NCBI GenBank assembly: GCA_024679065.1
Contig: JAGIQG010000004.1
Location: 31,620,001 to 31,684,000 of the forward strand
Length of the DNA: 64,000 nt
Origin: Sphyrna mokarran
Lineage: Eukaryota
Direction of reading: 5' to 3'
Each line of letters begins with the position of its first letter. The first letter of the stretch is position 1. The notes below the pieces were generated by a model. That model was given only the letters and a program-made list of their open reading frames with translations, was not told the origin of the DNA and made no database searches. This document shows, one piece after another, positions 25,315-37,001 of this stretch. Made by a program: the position numbers and the translations under genes.

Positions 25315-25575
25315 TTAAAGTTTATTTATTAGCATCAAAAGTCGGCTTACATTAACACTGCAATGAAGTTACTGTGAAAATCCTCTAGTCACCCCACTCC
25401 AATGCCTGTCAGGTACACTGAGAGAGAAGTTAGCATGGCCAATACCAGCATGTTTTTCAGATTGTGAGAGGGAACTGAAGTACTCGGAGGAAGCACATGC
25501 AGACACGATGAGAACATGCTGGAACCACACAGACAGTGCCCCAAGCTGGGAATTGAACCCAGGTCCCTAGCCATG
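25315..25575 (-). mobile_element. V-SINE with alternative (type B) tail
   Basis: V-domain followed by ...GGATTTTCACAGTAACTTCATTGCAGTGTTAATGTAAGCC...AATAAATAAACTTT instead of the CR1 tail. Confidence 0.8.
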
Positions 25576-25769
25576 TGATACCTATATTCTACCTTGCAAT
25601 GAGTTGCATTCATTCACATCTCTATGCTCACTAATTTATGACAATCTCATTAGCTCAGATTTAAAATGCTCATTTTGATCAAATCCTTTTGAGGCCTTAT
25701 CCCACCCGAACGTTGTCACCTCATTCAGCCCTACAGTTTTCCTCCTTTTTATTCCTGACTCTTCTTTAG

Positions 25770-26162
25770 TGCCTTGGCAGGTTGGAGCAAGCTCTGGGAT
25801 CTGTGATGAGGAAATGTTTTTTAATGGTAGTGTGTTGGTTCCATTCTTGTTACCACCAATGCCACTGATATTATTCCTTGGTTAAGACCATGCAATGAGA
25901 GATGAGCAGGAGGTGGACTGATCAGATTTTTATTGCACTCCTCAACCACTTCTGCATTGGCTATAGCCATTGTGCAGCAAATCAGCACAAGTGGGGCCTT
26001 GCAGGCGATCCAGACTGTAGCTGTAGTACATCCCTGTCAATGATATACATCACCGAAAGCTATCTCCTGAAAAAATTCAGCAGAAGCCTCAAAGAGTTTC
26101 ATTTAGCCACCATGGAAGCTGTTGCCTGGTTTGGCGATTACTGCACATGCTAAAATAAAAAT
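25770..26162 (+). mobile_element. Vingi/ingi-like non-LTR retrotransposon 3' end
   Basis: ORF 25902..26153 LNHFCIGYSHCAANQHKWGLAGDPDCSC...MIYITESY resembles the LNRxRTGxGR...HxWG...CxCG...QTxxHI...C zinc-knuckle end of Vingi-type elements, followed by a TAAAATAAAA tail. It sits within an L2-like fragment. Confidence 0.65.
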
Positions 26163-26604
26163 GCATTCCTCAGTCCTTTCACACCATTGAAAACTGTGTC
26201 ACCATGGTGCATTGGGATAATGTTTACTACTTCACACTTCTTGCTCCTCTTGTAAGACATACCTTGTAACCCAGCTTTTGGTCATTCCTCCTAATCTCTC
26301 CTTCTTTAGTACCGCATCTATTTTTACCTTCTATCACCTATGTGTAACACCATGCAACACTTAACTAGATTAAAACTGATTTACAGATTGAAAGTGTTAT
26401 TGCTATCCATACCTTGCAGCACTTAAGTAGTTTATTATTGTTCTCTGAATCCTTTTCCAATTAAAAGATCCTTCATAAACTAAATTGTTCAAAACTTAAA
26501 ACAGCAAATGTAAGCTCCAAATGACAAACAGGTGGAAATTTTAATCATTAAAAAAGCAATGGTTTGAATTGGGGGCAAAGTGAAAATCTTTTAAAAATCG
26601 TGAT

Positions 26605-26920
26605 TTTTCTTCATTCACGGGACATGGGTGTTGCTGGCTGGCCAGCCTTTATTGCCTATCCCAAATTGCCCAAGGGCAGTTGAAAGCCAACCACATTGCT
26701 GTGGCTTTGGAGCCACATTAAGGCCAAATCAGGTAAGGGCAGCATATTTCCTTCCCTGAAGGACATTAGTGAGCCAGGTGGATTTTCCAGACAATGGTTT
26801 CATAGTCAGCAGTAGATTCTTAATTCCAGATTTTTTTTATTGAATTTAAGTTACACCACTTCAGGATTCAAACGCAGGTCCCCAGAACGTTAGCTAAGTT
26901 TCCAGCAATAATGCCACTAT
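26605..26920 (-). mobile_element. tRNA-type SINE (non-V family)
   Basis: Antisense copy related to 13745-14143. Confidence 0.7.
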
Positions 26921-27077
26921 GCCATCATCTCTCCTCAAATCAAACTGCCTTCCATCTCTTACTGGACTACTTTGTGTTTCAATGGCAATGACTCAGATAA
27001 GTTCTCAGGAAGCAGGTAATTTAAATATTATAATGAGTCTGTTTGCCTTAGACTTAACCAACCTTCCACTTTTAACC

Positions 27078-27297
27078 AAAAACAGAAAATGCTGGAAAAT
27101 CTCTGCAGGATGGGCAGCGTCTGTGGGGAGAAAATAGACCACCATTTTGAGTCTAGATGACCTTCGTTAAGAGTTGAGTCATCCAGACTTGAAAAGTTGG
27201 TTCTATTCTCTTCCTACAGATCCTGTCAGGACTGCTGAGATTTTCCAACATTTTGTATCTTTGTTTCAGATTCTAGCATCCACAGTATTTTGCTTCC
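27078..27297. mobile_element. Fold-back Penelope-like element (family A) with hammerhead remnants on both strands
   Basis: Arms at 27078-27140 and 27200-27265 are inverted. The centre holds GAGTCATCCAGACTTGAAA on + and a GAAGGTCATCTAGACTCAAAA remnant on -. Confidence 0.75.
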
Positions 27298-27979
27298 ACT
27301 TTTAATTCTAGCTGGCTGTGTTTCTCATTCTTTAGAAAACCTGACAGCTGAAGAGAGGGGAGGACTGCTTTGTGGAAATTGCCAGTGCCTTCACAGCACT
27401 GCTGGTGGATCAGGAGGGGAGTCCACTCAGCTTATGTAGATCATCAAGATTATCAAGGGATTTATTGAAAGGTTATGATCTGAAATGTTAACTGTTTCTC
27501 TTCTACAAATACTGCCAGATCTAATGATCTATTTCCAGCAGTTTCAGTGTTTATTTCAGCTTTTCAACATCTGTAGTATTTTGCTTTTGTGTTGTTACCT
27601 TCATCCCTTCCTGCCATTAAGCTTCTACCCCCAGGATTGGAGGTATCCAGAAAAAAGTTGGGGGTAGTTGCAGTTTCTGTGTCTACCTTTTTCCAAAAGA
27701 CACCAGTAAACCAAATGGGCTTTCAGTACAATCCTGATAGTTGCCATGGGTGCCATTTTGAGACCAGCTTTATATTCCATATTAATTAATTGAATTTAAA
27801 ATCTACCAGCTTTCATGGTGGGATTTGAACCCTTGCTTCCTAAGCATTACCCTAAGATTCTGGATTATTAATCTAGTCACACTACTATCTCCCAAAAATT
27901 ATGGCCTCACATCATCACCATCTGCAGTTTCTGCTAGGATCATGTACGGTTGTGTGCTTTCCACAAACCTGTTAGGCAT

Positions 27980-28178
27980 ACAAAAACAGAAAATGCTGGA
28001 AAATCTCAGCAGGTCTTACAGCATCTGTGGAGAGAGAATAGAACTCTGATGAAGGGATATCAAATGAAGGGAATGTTGGCTCTATTCTCTCTCCACATAT
28101 GCTGTAAGACATGCTGAGATTTTCCAGCATTTTTTGTTTCTGTTTCATATTCCAACATCCGCAGTAATTTGCTTTTAT
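27980..28178. mobile_element. Fold-back Penelope-like element (family A)
   Basis: Roughly 60-bp near-perfect inverted arms (27981-28043 and 28079-28140) around CTGATGAAGGG, with an asymmetric 3' extension TTCCAACATCCGCAG. Confidence 0.8.
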
Positions 28179-28299
28179 CTGTCGTGCACACTGTTTGCTG
28201 CAGTAATGCTTGAGGATTCAAGATATGCAATAGGGGAATTTGTATTCAGTGTTGCAAACAATGGCATCTTTAACCTCTGTTAGCTGTGTTCTAAAATCA

Positions 28300-30235
28300 A
28301 ATTATTGCAGATAATCATTTGTGTTATGCTTTTATCAGTTTGTTTGTCCAACATCCTGTCCTCAATGAGATGCAATTTCCAATTGTTAAATATTGAGAAA
28401 ACTAAAGCAATCATTGTGTCCCCATCACAAATGTGGTACCATGCCGCTATTTCATGCCTGGCTATCACACTGAACCAGACTATTCATAGCCTTGGTGATC
28501 CATTCTGCTCCAAGCTGAGTGATTGACCTCAGAACACCTTCATTTATATGGAAAGCTTACTTCACCTCCTATCTCTGCCTCAGCATCTCCTTTGCTGAAA
28601 CTTCTATCTATATTTTTTTTTGCCTCCAGACTGGGCTGTGCCAATGATTTCTGTGGTGGATTTGCTCATTTAACCATCCGCAAATTTTGACTCATGTTAG
28701 CAATCCCCTCAACTATCACCTCATATCTCTGTTGGCTCACATTAATTTAAAATTTTCATGTTTGTGCTTTCCTAAGTCTGTTCAATGGTCTCAATTTCCT
28801 ATCGTTTTAACCTAGACACTCAGTAACTCTGTAACATCTGTTAACTCCCCCTCAGAAGACTGCGTAGCTCTGGCTGGCTGCTTAGGCCTCCACCCTTGGT
28901 GGCTAACCCTACCTCTAACCCTACACCTTCAATCACCCAGGTACTCTGCTGTAGAATTGCCTTCATAAGTTTCTCTGTCACTTTCATCACCCAATCTTCT
29001 TTAATATTGTTCTTCTGCCTTAATACAAATTTATGAAGTTCTTTTTAGAGCAACACAGCACGGGAAACAGGCCCTTCGGCCCAACGAGCCCGCGCCGCCG
29101 TCATAACTATATAGTAACAATTCCATTATCCTATTCTAATTTTAGGTTATTCCTAATATGGAAGAGTCTCAATGTAGGGACAATTTGTTCCCCAATCAGC
29201 CTAAGAGCGAATTTTTGGGATGTGGGAGGAAACCGGAGCGCCCGGAGAAAACCCACGCAACCACGGGGAGAACGCGCAAACTCCCGCAGACACCGGCCCA
29301 ATTCCAAGTGTCTGCACAGCTACAGTGATAGTCACTGAGCTGTCATGGTGCCCTTCAGATGGTCCAGATAAAGCACTCATTTACGACATGAAGCACCAGG
29401 CAACCCATGAATCAACATCCAAGAGCTGTCCTCGCACCACCTGCCGAATGCATGCTACTTGTTGGTCAAGTATGGACCGAATTACCTGTGGAAAAAAAAA
29501 GCCATAGTTAAACAGTCCTACTATATCCCTCTATCTGCATAACGCTCATGTGGCTGTCCAAGAGACCCTTAAACAGCCCTAGCGTGACTGCTCCCACCAC
29601 CTTACTCGGCAGTGCATTCCACACCCCCACTACCCTTTGTGTGAAAAACTGCCCTCTAATATTCGTCTTATACATAGCCCCCCTCACCCTAAGGCCATGA
29701 CCCCTCGTCCTATCCATTTCTGAAGGTGGAAAAAGTTTACCACCATTTACTCTATCTAAACCCCTTATAATCTTATACACCTCTATTAGATCCCCTCTAA
29801 GCCGACATCTTTCAAGGGAAAACAACCCCAGTCTATTCAATCGTTCCTCATAAGACAGTCCTTCCATACCAGGCAGCATCCTGGTAAACCTCCTCTGCAC
29901 TCTCTCCAAGGACTCCACATCCTTCCAATAATACGGCGACCAGAACTGGACGCAGTATTCCAAGTGAGGCCTAACCAACGTTCTATACAATTGCAACATC
30001 AAACTCCTACTCTTGTATTCTATACCCTTTTCTATGAAAGCTAACATTCTATACGCTTTCTTTATCACCTTCTCCACCTGTGAAGACACCTTCAGAGACT
30101 TGTGAACCTGCACCCCCAAGTCTCTCTGCGTCTCTATACTCCGAATAGTTTTACCTTTTATCCTATAACTCTCTTCTACATTTTTGAATGTATTTACACA
30201 TTAATGGTGCTAAATAAATGCAAGTTATTGTTTTT
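28300..30235 (+). mobile_element. Old L2-type LINE 3' part, interrupted by the CR1 at 29047-30180
   Basis: Decayed LLNIEKTKAI...SRLGCAN motifs; an L2-type tail GGTGCTAAATAAATGCAAGTTATTG resumes at about 30200. Confidence 0.6.
29047..30180 (-). mobile_element. 5'-truncated CR1, second subfamily with V-SINE-containing 3' UTR
   Basis: Intact ORF2 C-terminus 29508..30119, then a roughly 460-bp UTR with the same hairpins, V-domain and CR1 tail as 1105-1627 but unrelated spacers. Confidence 0.95.
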
Positions 30236-30839
30236 GAATTATCTGAATAATTTATGCCATGGAACCATAATAAATAAATTGTTCTTTTAGGGATTTACAT
30301 GATGACATTTATATTGTGTTTATAAATTTTTCAGCATCTTTTTTTTTATTATGTTGCACAACATGATCTTCATTGAATTGTGCTTGGAGAAAAAAGTCAA
30401 TTATTTTAACAATCCTTTATCTGCAACAGAAATTGCTCTGCTAAATTCCAGCAGTGTTCAGAGCTTTGGAGAGGTTAATGTTTTTTTTAACGGGACAATC
30501 GAGAGATACAGTTTCAAATAAGCCTGTTCTATTTTCTTGAAGTAAACAGTTAGAGTTGCAGAAGAAATGGAGCAGATAATTTTCATGAGGTTTGATCAGG
30601 CCTGAAAACAGACATGGGGAATTATGAGGCTCGATTAACTCGCGATTAACTTTGTGCTGCCTACTCATTACCATGATAGTCACAAGCACTCAGTGCTAAA
30701 TGCGCTGCTGACTGGTTGTATGCCTGAACAAGTAAAGCAAAGTTGTGAGAGGTTAGAATAACTTGAAGTTAGCTTGCGTTATTGGTGTATTTTAACTGGA
30801 ACATGAATTGTCTGAGAAAATATCGCGCAAAAAGAAGAA

Positions 30840-31050
30840 TGGGTTTCTTCCGAGTGCTCTGGTTTCCTCTCACAGTTCAAAGGGTGTTTTAGTTACGTGC
30901 ATTGGCCATGTTAAATTACCCCTTAGTGTCATGGGAACTAACTAGGGTTAATGCATAGAGTTCGAGGATAGCGCCTAGTGGGATTGTGGTTGGTGCGGAT
31001 TCTATGGGCCAAATGGCCTCCTTCTGCATTGTTGGATTCTATGATTCTCT
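30840..31050 (+). mobile_element. 5'-truncated HE1-type V-SINE inside a Harbinger-like remnant
   Basis: Half of the V-domain plus a CR1 tail (GATTCTATGATTCT). Confidence 0.8.
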
Positions 31051-31369
31051 AGGAGGAGACAGATCCTCTATCCACAGGAAACCATAGGAAACCCTCTTGT
31101 CAGACACTGTGAATGAGGTTGATGAGAGCAGATAACTATCACAGTCAATATCAGCTCTATGGACATGGATGCACTACTGCAAGATGTTCCAAGGTCTCAC
31201 AGGAGTGATCAAGATCAGTAAATACATCTTCAAATTCCATTTCCTGCAATTGAACTATTCGCCTCACACATGGCTCAACTTATCACTGCCACATCATTCT
31301 CCACTACCAACCTCATGTGTGACTAATACGTTAAAATCATACCTTCATCTCACATCTGCACTCTCACAA

Positions 31370-34300
31370 AGAATATTTCTAGAGATTACTGAGGTAAGGA
31401 AAACACTAACTTTATTCAGAAACAACTTCCTGTGGCTTCATCTTGCCAGGGGGTTCAACAAGAGACAGAGATGTGTCACTTCCTGTTTTGTATCATTCAC
31501 ATATTATACAGTTAGAACTAACTCCTTATACTAAATTTCCCCCAAGTCTCTGACTATGATTTTGTTGCAGAGGAATGATAGCAGTGGTGGTTTTACGAAT
31601 CTAGCCAACCGGGTCAACTGGGGGATTTGAGGCTTGCATGTGGTTATTCAGGCTCTGCTACCCATAAGGAGAATTGGTAGATGCTTCCAGTTTGGCAATC
31701 TGATTGTCATTGGATTTCTCTATATATGTAGCACCTCTGGTCTTCTTGAACGTGCAGATGACTGCTTTGACTAGGCAGGGGACTACATCAGTGTGGCAAT
31801 CAATGCACATATGTTCCATCACATCATTCCATTTTCTATTTGGATAAGGCAGGATCATAGATGTGGTGTCCGATTATCTATATGTCCACAGTTAGCCTCT
31901 GATCCAACTATTCTCCTGCTCAGAAGTTGAGCTGGTTTCATGCTTTGTCAAATTTGTCATAGTTCCAATCTGGCTGGAACACAATGCTTATCCTTCTTCT
32001 CCCTACCTTCTCCAAGTAATCAGCATGTGCCCACAGCATGAGTGTGTGTAGGAGAGTAGGGAGATGAGTTGCCGGTCTTAATCACATTAGGAGTTCACAT
32101 GGTGCCAAACCATCAAGGAGTAGAGTTGAACAGTAGCGCAATTCAAATGTAATTGTCCTTTGTTAGCATTTTTTTCACAGTACGCACTCCTCTTTCAGCT
32201 TCACCATTGGTTTGAGGGCATCTTGATGAGCTGGTAATATACGCAATCATATAATGCCATGAACGCTTTGTCATTGGCAAAATGCTGTTTACTATCTGAG
32301 ACTACATGGTCTGGGATTCCATTTGTTGTAAATACCTCCTTCAGCAATGTAAGCACTGCTTCAGAACTATCACCATGCAATTGTTTGACTTCTGTCCATC
32401 TTGACTAGTTGTCTGCAATGATTAAGAACATCTTATCTCAATGTTCCAATAAGTTGATCCCAAAATGTTTCCATGGTCTTAATGGAATTGTAGATGATAT
32501 CAATGGTTCTCTTTTCTCAGGACAATGAATAGCACATGTAATATAGTTTGACATCATCTCTTCCAATGACGTTTAGTCATCTGGCAAAATACAGAGCTCT
32601 GGTTCAAAGTTTTCTAATGTCCAAGTATTCTTGGCACAATTGTTGCAGTCTGTAAAGTCTCAGAACTCCAGGAATGACCATTCTTTTGTTATCGATGAGT
32701 AATGGGATTGTGTGGTATGTCTGTAGGCCATTCTTTGATGCAGTATTCTCTAACCCGAATGCATTCTTTATCAGATTTCTGTAAACCTCTGATTTCATTC
32801 AGTCTCTGAGGAAATGTTGGAAGAGTTGTGGTTCTTGTTTAATCAAAGGTTTCTACACTTTCAACAATAGCTACATCACCTTATTCAGGGTTTGCCTCTG
32901 GGATAGAGGACAAATACCTGCTGTAATCCATTGTTTTCCTGGAACATCTGTCTTTGCAACACCTCATCATCCTGTAATTGAATTGTTGTACTCATGGAAG
33001 TATTTTGTTAACTCCTTAGAATTCAAACGTATCACTGAAGGTTTGTGATCTTCTTTATTTTAAAGTGGGGACTAAGAACACAATCTGCAAACTTTTCACA
33101 AGTCATGTGATATCTAATGCTTGTTTTCCTATCTCTGCTCAATCTGTGTCAGGGATGTGTAGTAAACTAGTCTTACGCTTTCTATCTGTCTATATTTGAT
33201 AAAGTGCATCTTTCTATCCTGTAGAAAGTGCATCTGCAACGATGTCAGCGGATAATCATAACAGCTGGCATAATGACTCATTGACAACAGCTAGTTTGGG
33301 CAAGAACTTGCCAGCTTCATTTACCATATCCATGAATCTCTGAAGATTAGTCACATTGCATTTTGACTACCACTATCTTCTGTGGATCAACTCTGGCACA
33401 GAATACATCCACAATATGTGCAAGGAACTTTACAGTAATCTGTGAGGCCTCACATTTGTTGTTGAGTGTAAATCTTGCTTCCTGTAGACGTTACCGAACA
33501 ACTCATGCTCTGTCTGAGTGAATCCATGGATTAGGACATCATCCATCTGACATATGACTTCAACCAGTCCTTGTAAAGTTCTTGACATTGACCTCTGGAA
33601 GATTTCTGGTGTTGATATGATGCTGATGGGAAACAAAAATTCCCAAACGCTGAAATAAACGTTACAAGTCAGTTAAATCTTCATCCATTATTTTCATCTA
33701 AGCTTCATGAAGACTGATTTCTTCCTGAACTTTGTTAAACTCTTGTCCACAGACAGCATGAGATGAATTTTGTGTTCAATTGTTCTACCCAAATTATGAA
33801 TGGCTTTTGGCCTGGGACAATGCCTGAGCACCAGCCAGGTGACAGAAACAATTTTTTTCTTTATCTTTAGTACAATTGGGTGTGATGATTTGCTGGTTGC
33901 AAGCTGGCTTTATTTCAGGATTTGGAGTGATATGATGCGCTGTCTTCAGGTTTTCTATCCTGTAAGTAGCTGTGGAAATTCAGCTCTGAAGTTTGGAGTC
34001 TGATGTTCTCAGCTTTCTATTTTCTCTGCCAATCTGATGGAAGTTGATACAGGTTTTCCTGCTTAAACATAGAATATTTATGGTGCAGAAAGAGGCTACT
34101 CAGCCCATTCCGTCTGTACCGGCTGAAGAGGAGACAATTCTGGTTCAGGATCACTTATACAGTTTAGTGATTTTTTTTTCTGTATTGAAGAGTTGTTTAC
34201 AATTGTCCTACACCCTTGAGTTCTATGCTTCCTGGAGGATGACTAAAGAGAAGTTTTCTCCAAACCATTGTTAGTACCAGAAAGAACTAAAGCTGCTGTG

Positions 34301-35632
34301 CCTGTGTCTAACTTAACATGTTTTTTTATCTCTCTATGAGGATATCAGCACTCTAGCAGATTCTACTCGGTTCCTGGATCTCTACAAAGAATAATATCAT
34401 ATATTCTATTTCATGGGTTGTGGACTTTTAAAGATTTATCTTATAGCTTACTATAGTTGGTGTGACACGTAACCAGAAAATAATAATTCTTTCTGCAAAA
34501 ATTGGCATTCAGCCTCTTTGGTGAGGCAATCTTTGCATCCATATTTTTTCCTGCTGCACCGTTAGCTGAGAAGGTTGATGGATATTCTTCCTGCCTTCTC
34601 CGCTTTTGTACCACCACCTCTCTGCTTTTCATTTTAACATATGTGTCAGTCATTTTTTTTTGGAATATGGTTCCACCTGTCACTTCAAATCACTGATCGA
34701 TTTTCCTTCCTGACCTCAGCTTGTCTGCACAACTGAATTGCCTTTGTTGAGATTAGATCATCTCTCAACTAGAAGTGGTCAGACAATGTTTCATCCAAGA
34801 CTCCCGACAGCAACTTGGTCTCTGATTAGTTCATCTTTTGAGCTGCCAGTTCCCTGCAAGTCTATACATGTTGTTGATAAATGTATCAATGCTTTCACCT
34901 TGTCATCGAGTACGCTTGTTAAATTTAGTCCACTGGACAATCATATTCTTTTGCAGACTGTAGTCGGCATCGACAGTGCTTTAATCTCTTCATTGTTTCC
35001 TCTTGTCATTGAGTACAATAGTTAATGCGCTCTTATTACTTCATTATACATAGTATTTTCCTCGTTGATCCTTTGCCTGACTAGGATATCATCTGCACAG
35101 TCACCCATCAAAGACAATAGTGTACTGACCATTACTGCTTGGCTTCACCGTAAGATCCATTATTGTATGACATCTGGCAAATATTTGGTACCAGTTCAAC
35201 AATGCTCCTGCGTGGTTGAGACATGCGATGTGCTTGAATTTTCCTGATAATGACAGAGACTTTTCCATATTGTTCTTTCACTCAGTGCCAACATACAATA
35301 TGGTCTTGTTGTGCGAACAAGGAATATTTACTGTTGAATTAATGAAAACTCTAACTTTATTCAGAAATGCCTTACTGTAGCTTTATCTTGCCACAAAGCT
35401 CAACAAGAGAGAACAAGATCATGAGGTATTGTATCACTTCATGTGATGGTGTACACTGTGGGTGGAATTTTACGACCTTGCTCAGGTGAGGCTCATAAAA
35501 TCCTGCCTGAGGCCAATGGAAAATTCTGTCTTGCAAGGCTCATCAGCCCCGGAATCAAGACAGTAAAATTCCAGCCTGTATCTCGTTAGCTAGGAAATCT
35601 GGGAATTATAGAACTGCTAGCCTAACATTAAT
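31370..35632 (-). mobile_element. Decayed Gypsy/Ty3 LTR retrotransposon with both LTRs
   Basis: Direct repeats at about 31395-31500 and 35340-35440 (GAAAAC.CTAACTTTATTCAGAAA...TCTTGCCA...CAACAAGAGA). Purine tract near 31535-31545; protease KLDTGT at about 34300; RT PEIFQRSMSRTLQGL...CQMDDVLIHG; integrase remnants at 32200-32550. Confidence 0.85.
35460..35576. mobile_element. Harbinger-type mini-MITE with 3-bp TSD
   Basis: GGGTGGAATTTTAC...GTAAAATTCCAGCC flanked by TGT/TGT. Confidence 0.75.
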
Positions 35633-35932
35633 TGTAGTGAAAATACTAGAATCTATAATAAATGGTGTGATACAGGACACTTAGAAAATAATGGTCGATT
35701 AGGCTGAGTCAACATGGATTTATGAAACGGAAATCATGTTTAGCAAATCTGTTGGAATTTGTTTGAGAATATGATGATCAGAATAGACAAAAGGGAAACA
35801 GTAGATAGTATATTTAGATTTTCAGAAAGCATTTGCAAGGTCCCACACAGAGGTTAGTAAACAGAATTGAAGTGTGTGAGATTGGGAGAAAAATACTGGC
35901 ATGGACTGAGGTCTGATTAATGGACAATTAAC

Positions 35933-36315
35933 AGGGATCTTGGCTTCATGACACACTATCTGTAACCCCCGTAACTTGCCTGGGTTAGCAAAAAACCTCA
36001 CTTACTGTGCTGTCTGGAGAAAATACACAACTCTCTAACAATGCTCAGGATCCCCTTCACACACATTGTTAGCCACTTTAACACTTGAATAGCAGGTTAG
36101 ATGTAAGGATTCGCATTCTAATCAGCAATCTCTGACTGTCTGTGCTGATGTGTGCTATTGCAGACCAGAACACTGCACTTGCCTGATGAAGACACGGGAG
36201 TGTTGAAAGCTCGCTTTTTTACTATCAAATAAATCGGTTGGATTAATAATTGGTGTTGCTAAATTCTTACTGAGTTCTTACCACTCCAATCCAACGCCGG
36301 CATCTTTACATCATT
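35933..36315 (+). mobile_element. Penelope-like element 3' end/pLTR (family B) with intact-looking minimal hammerhead core
   Basis: CTGATGA-A-GACAC-GGGA-GTGTT-GAAA-GCTC at 36183-36212, then AATAAA and the family end CAACGCCGGCATCT..ACATCA. The CR1 text AATGGACA is repeated on both sides. Confidence 0.8.
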
Positions 36316-36785
36316 ACATAATGGACAGAAAACAGAGAGTTAAAATAAATGAGCTATTTTAAGGTTGGCAGTCTATCACAAGTAGGGTACTGCAATGATC
36401 AATTCTTGGGCCGCAGTTATTTGCAATCTATTTCATTGATTTGGGTGTGGGGACTAAATGTAATATTTTCAAATTTGCAGATGACACAAAACTCGGTTAA
36501 AGTATGAGCTGTGAAGAGGATGCAAAGATGTTAAAAGGGGATTTGGAGAGGCTAAACAAGTAGGCAAAAAATTGAAAATGGAATGTAATGTAGAGAAGAG
36601 TGAGGTCATCCACTTTGATAGGAAAAAAATAGAAATACAGAGTATTTCTTAAATGGTAAAGTGCTGGAGAATGTTGGCCTTCGAAGAAGCTTGGTTGTCC
36701 TTGTTCATGAGTCACTAGAAAATAATATGCAGCTACAACAAGCAATTAAGGGGGCAATGGGCATTTTGGCCTTTATTACAAGAAG

Positions 36786-37001
36786 TTTTTTTTTCATTTG
36801 ATTTATTATTGTTGCATGTATTTGTGTATAGTGAACAGTTGTTTCTTGTTCATTGTACAGATAAAGCATACCATACATAGGAAAGGAAATAGAAAGGAGA
36901 GAATGCAGAATGTCGTGTTATCGTCATAGCTTGGCTGCAGAGAAAGGTCAACATAATGCGAGGTGAGTCCATTCAAACATCTGATGGCAGCAGGGAAGAA
37001 G
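36786..37001 (-). mobile_element. Rex1/Babar-type LINE 3' end
   Basis: Antisense FFPAAIRCLNG (Rex1-like C-terminus) and tail TTCACTATAC...TACATGCAACAATAATAAATCAAAT. AGAAGTT occurs at both junctions. Confidence 0.7.

Noticed and set aside
30428-30840. CpG-containing unique-looking block as a conserved enhancer
   Set aside because: It leads directly into a Harbinger Myb-like remnant split by a SINE, so it is more likely a transposon left end.
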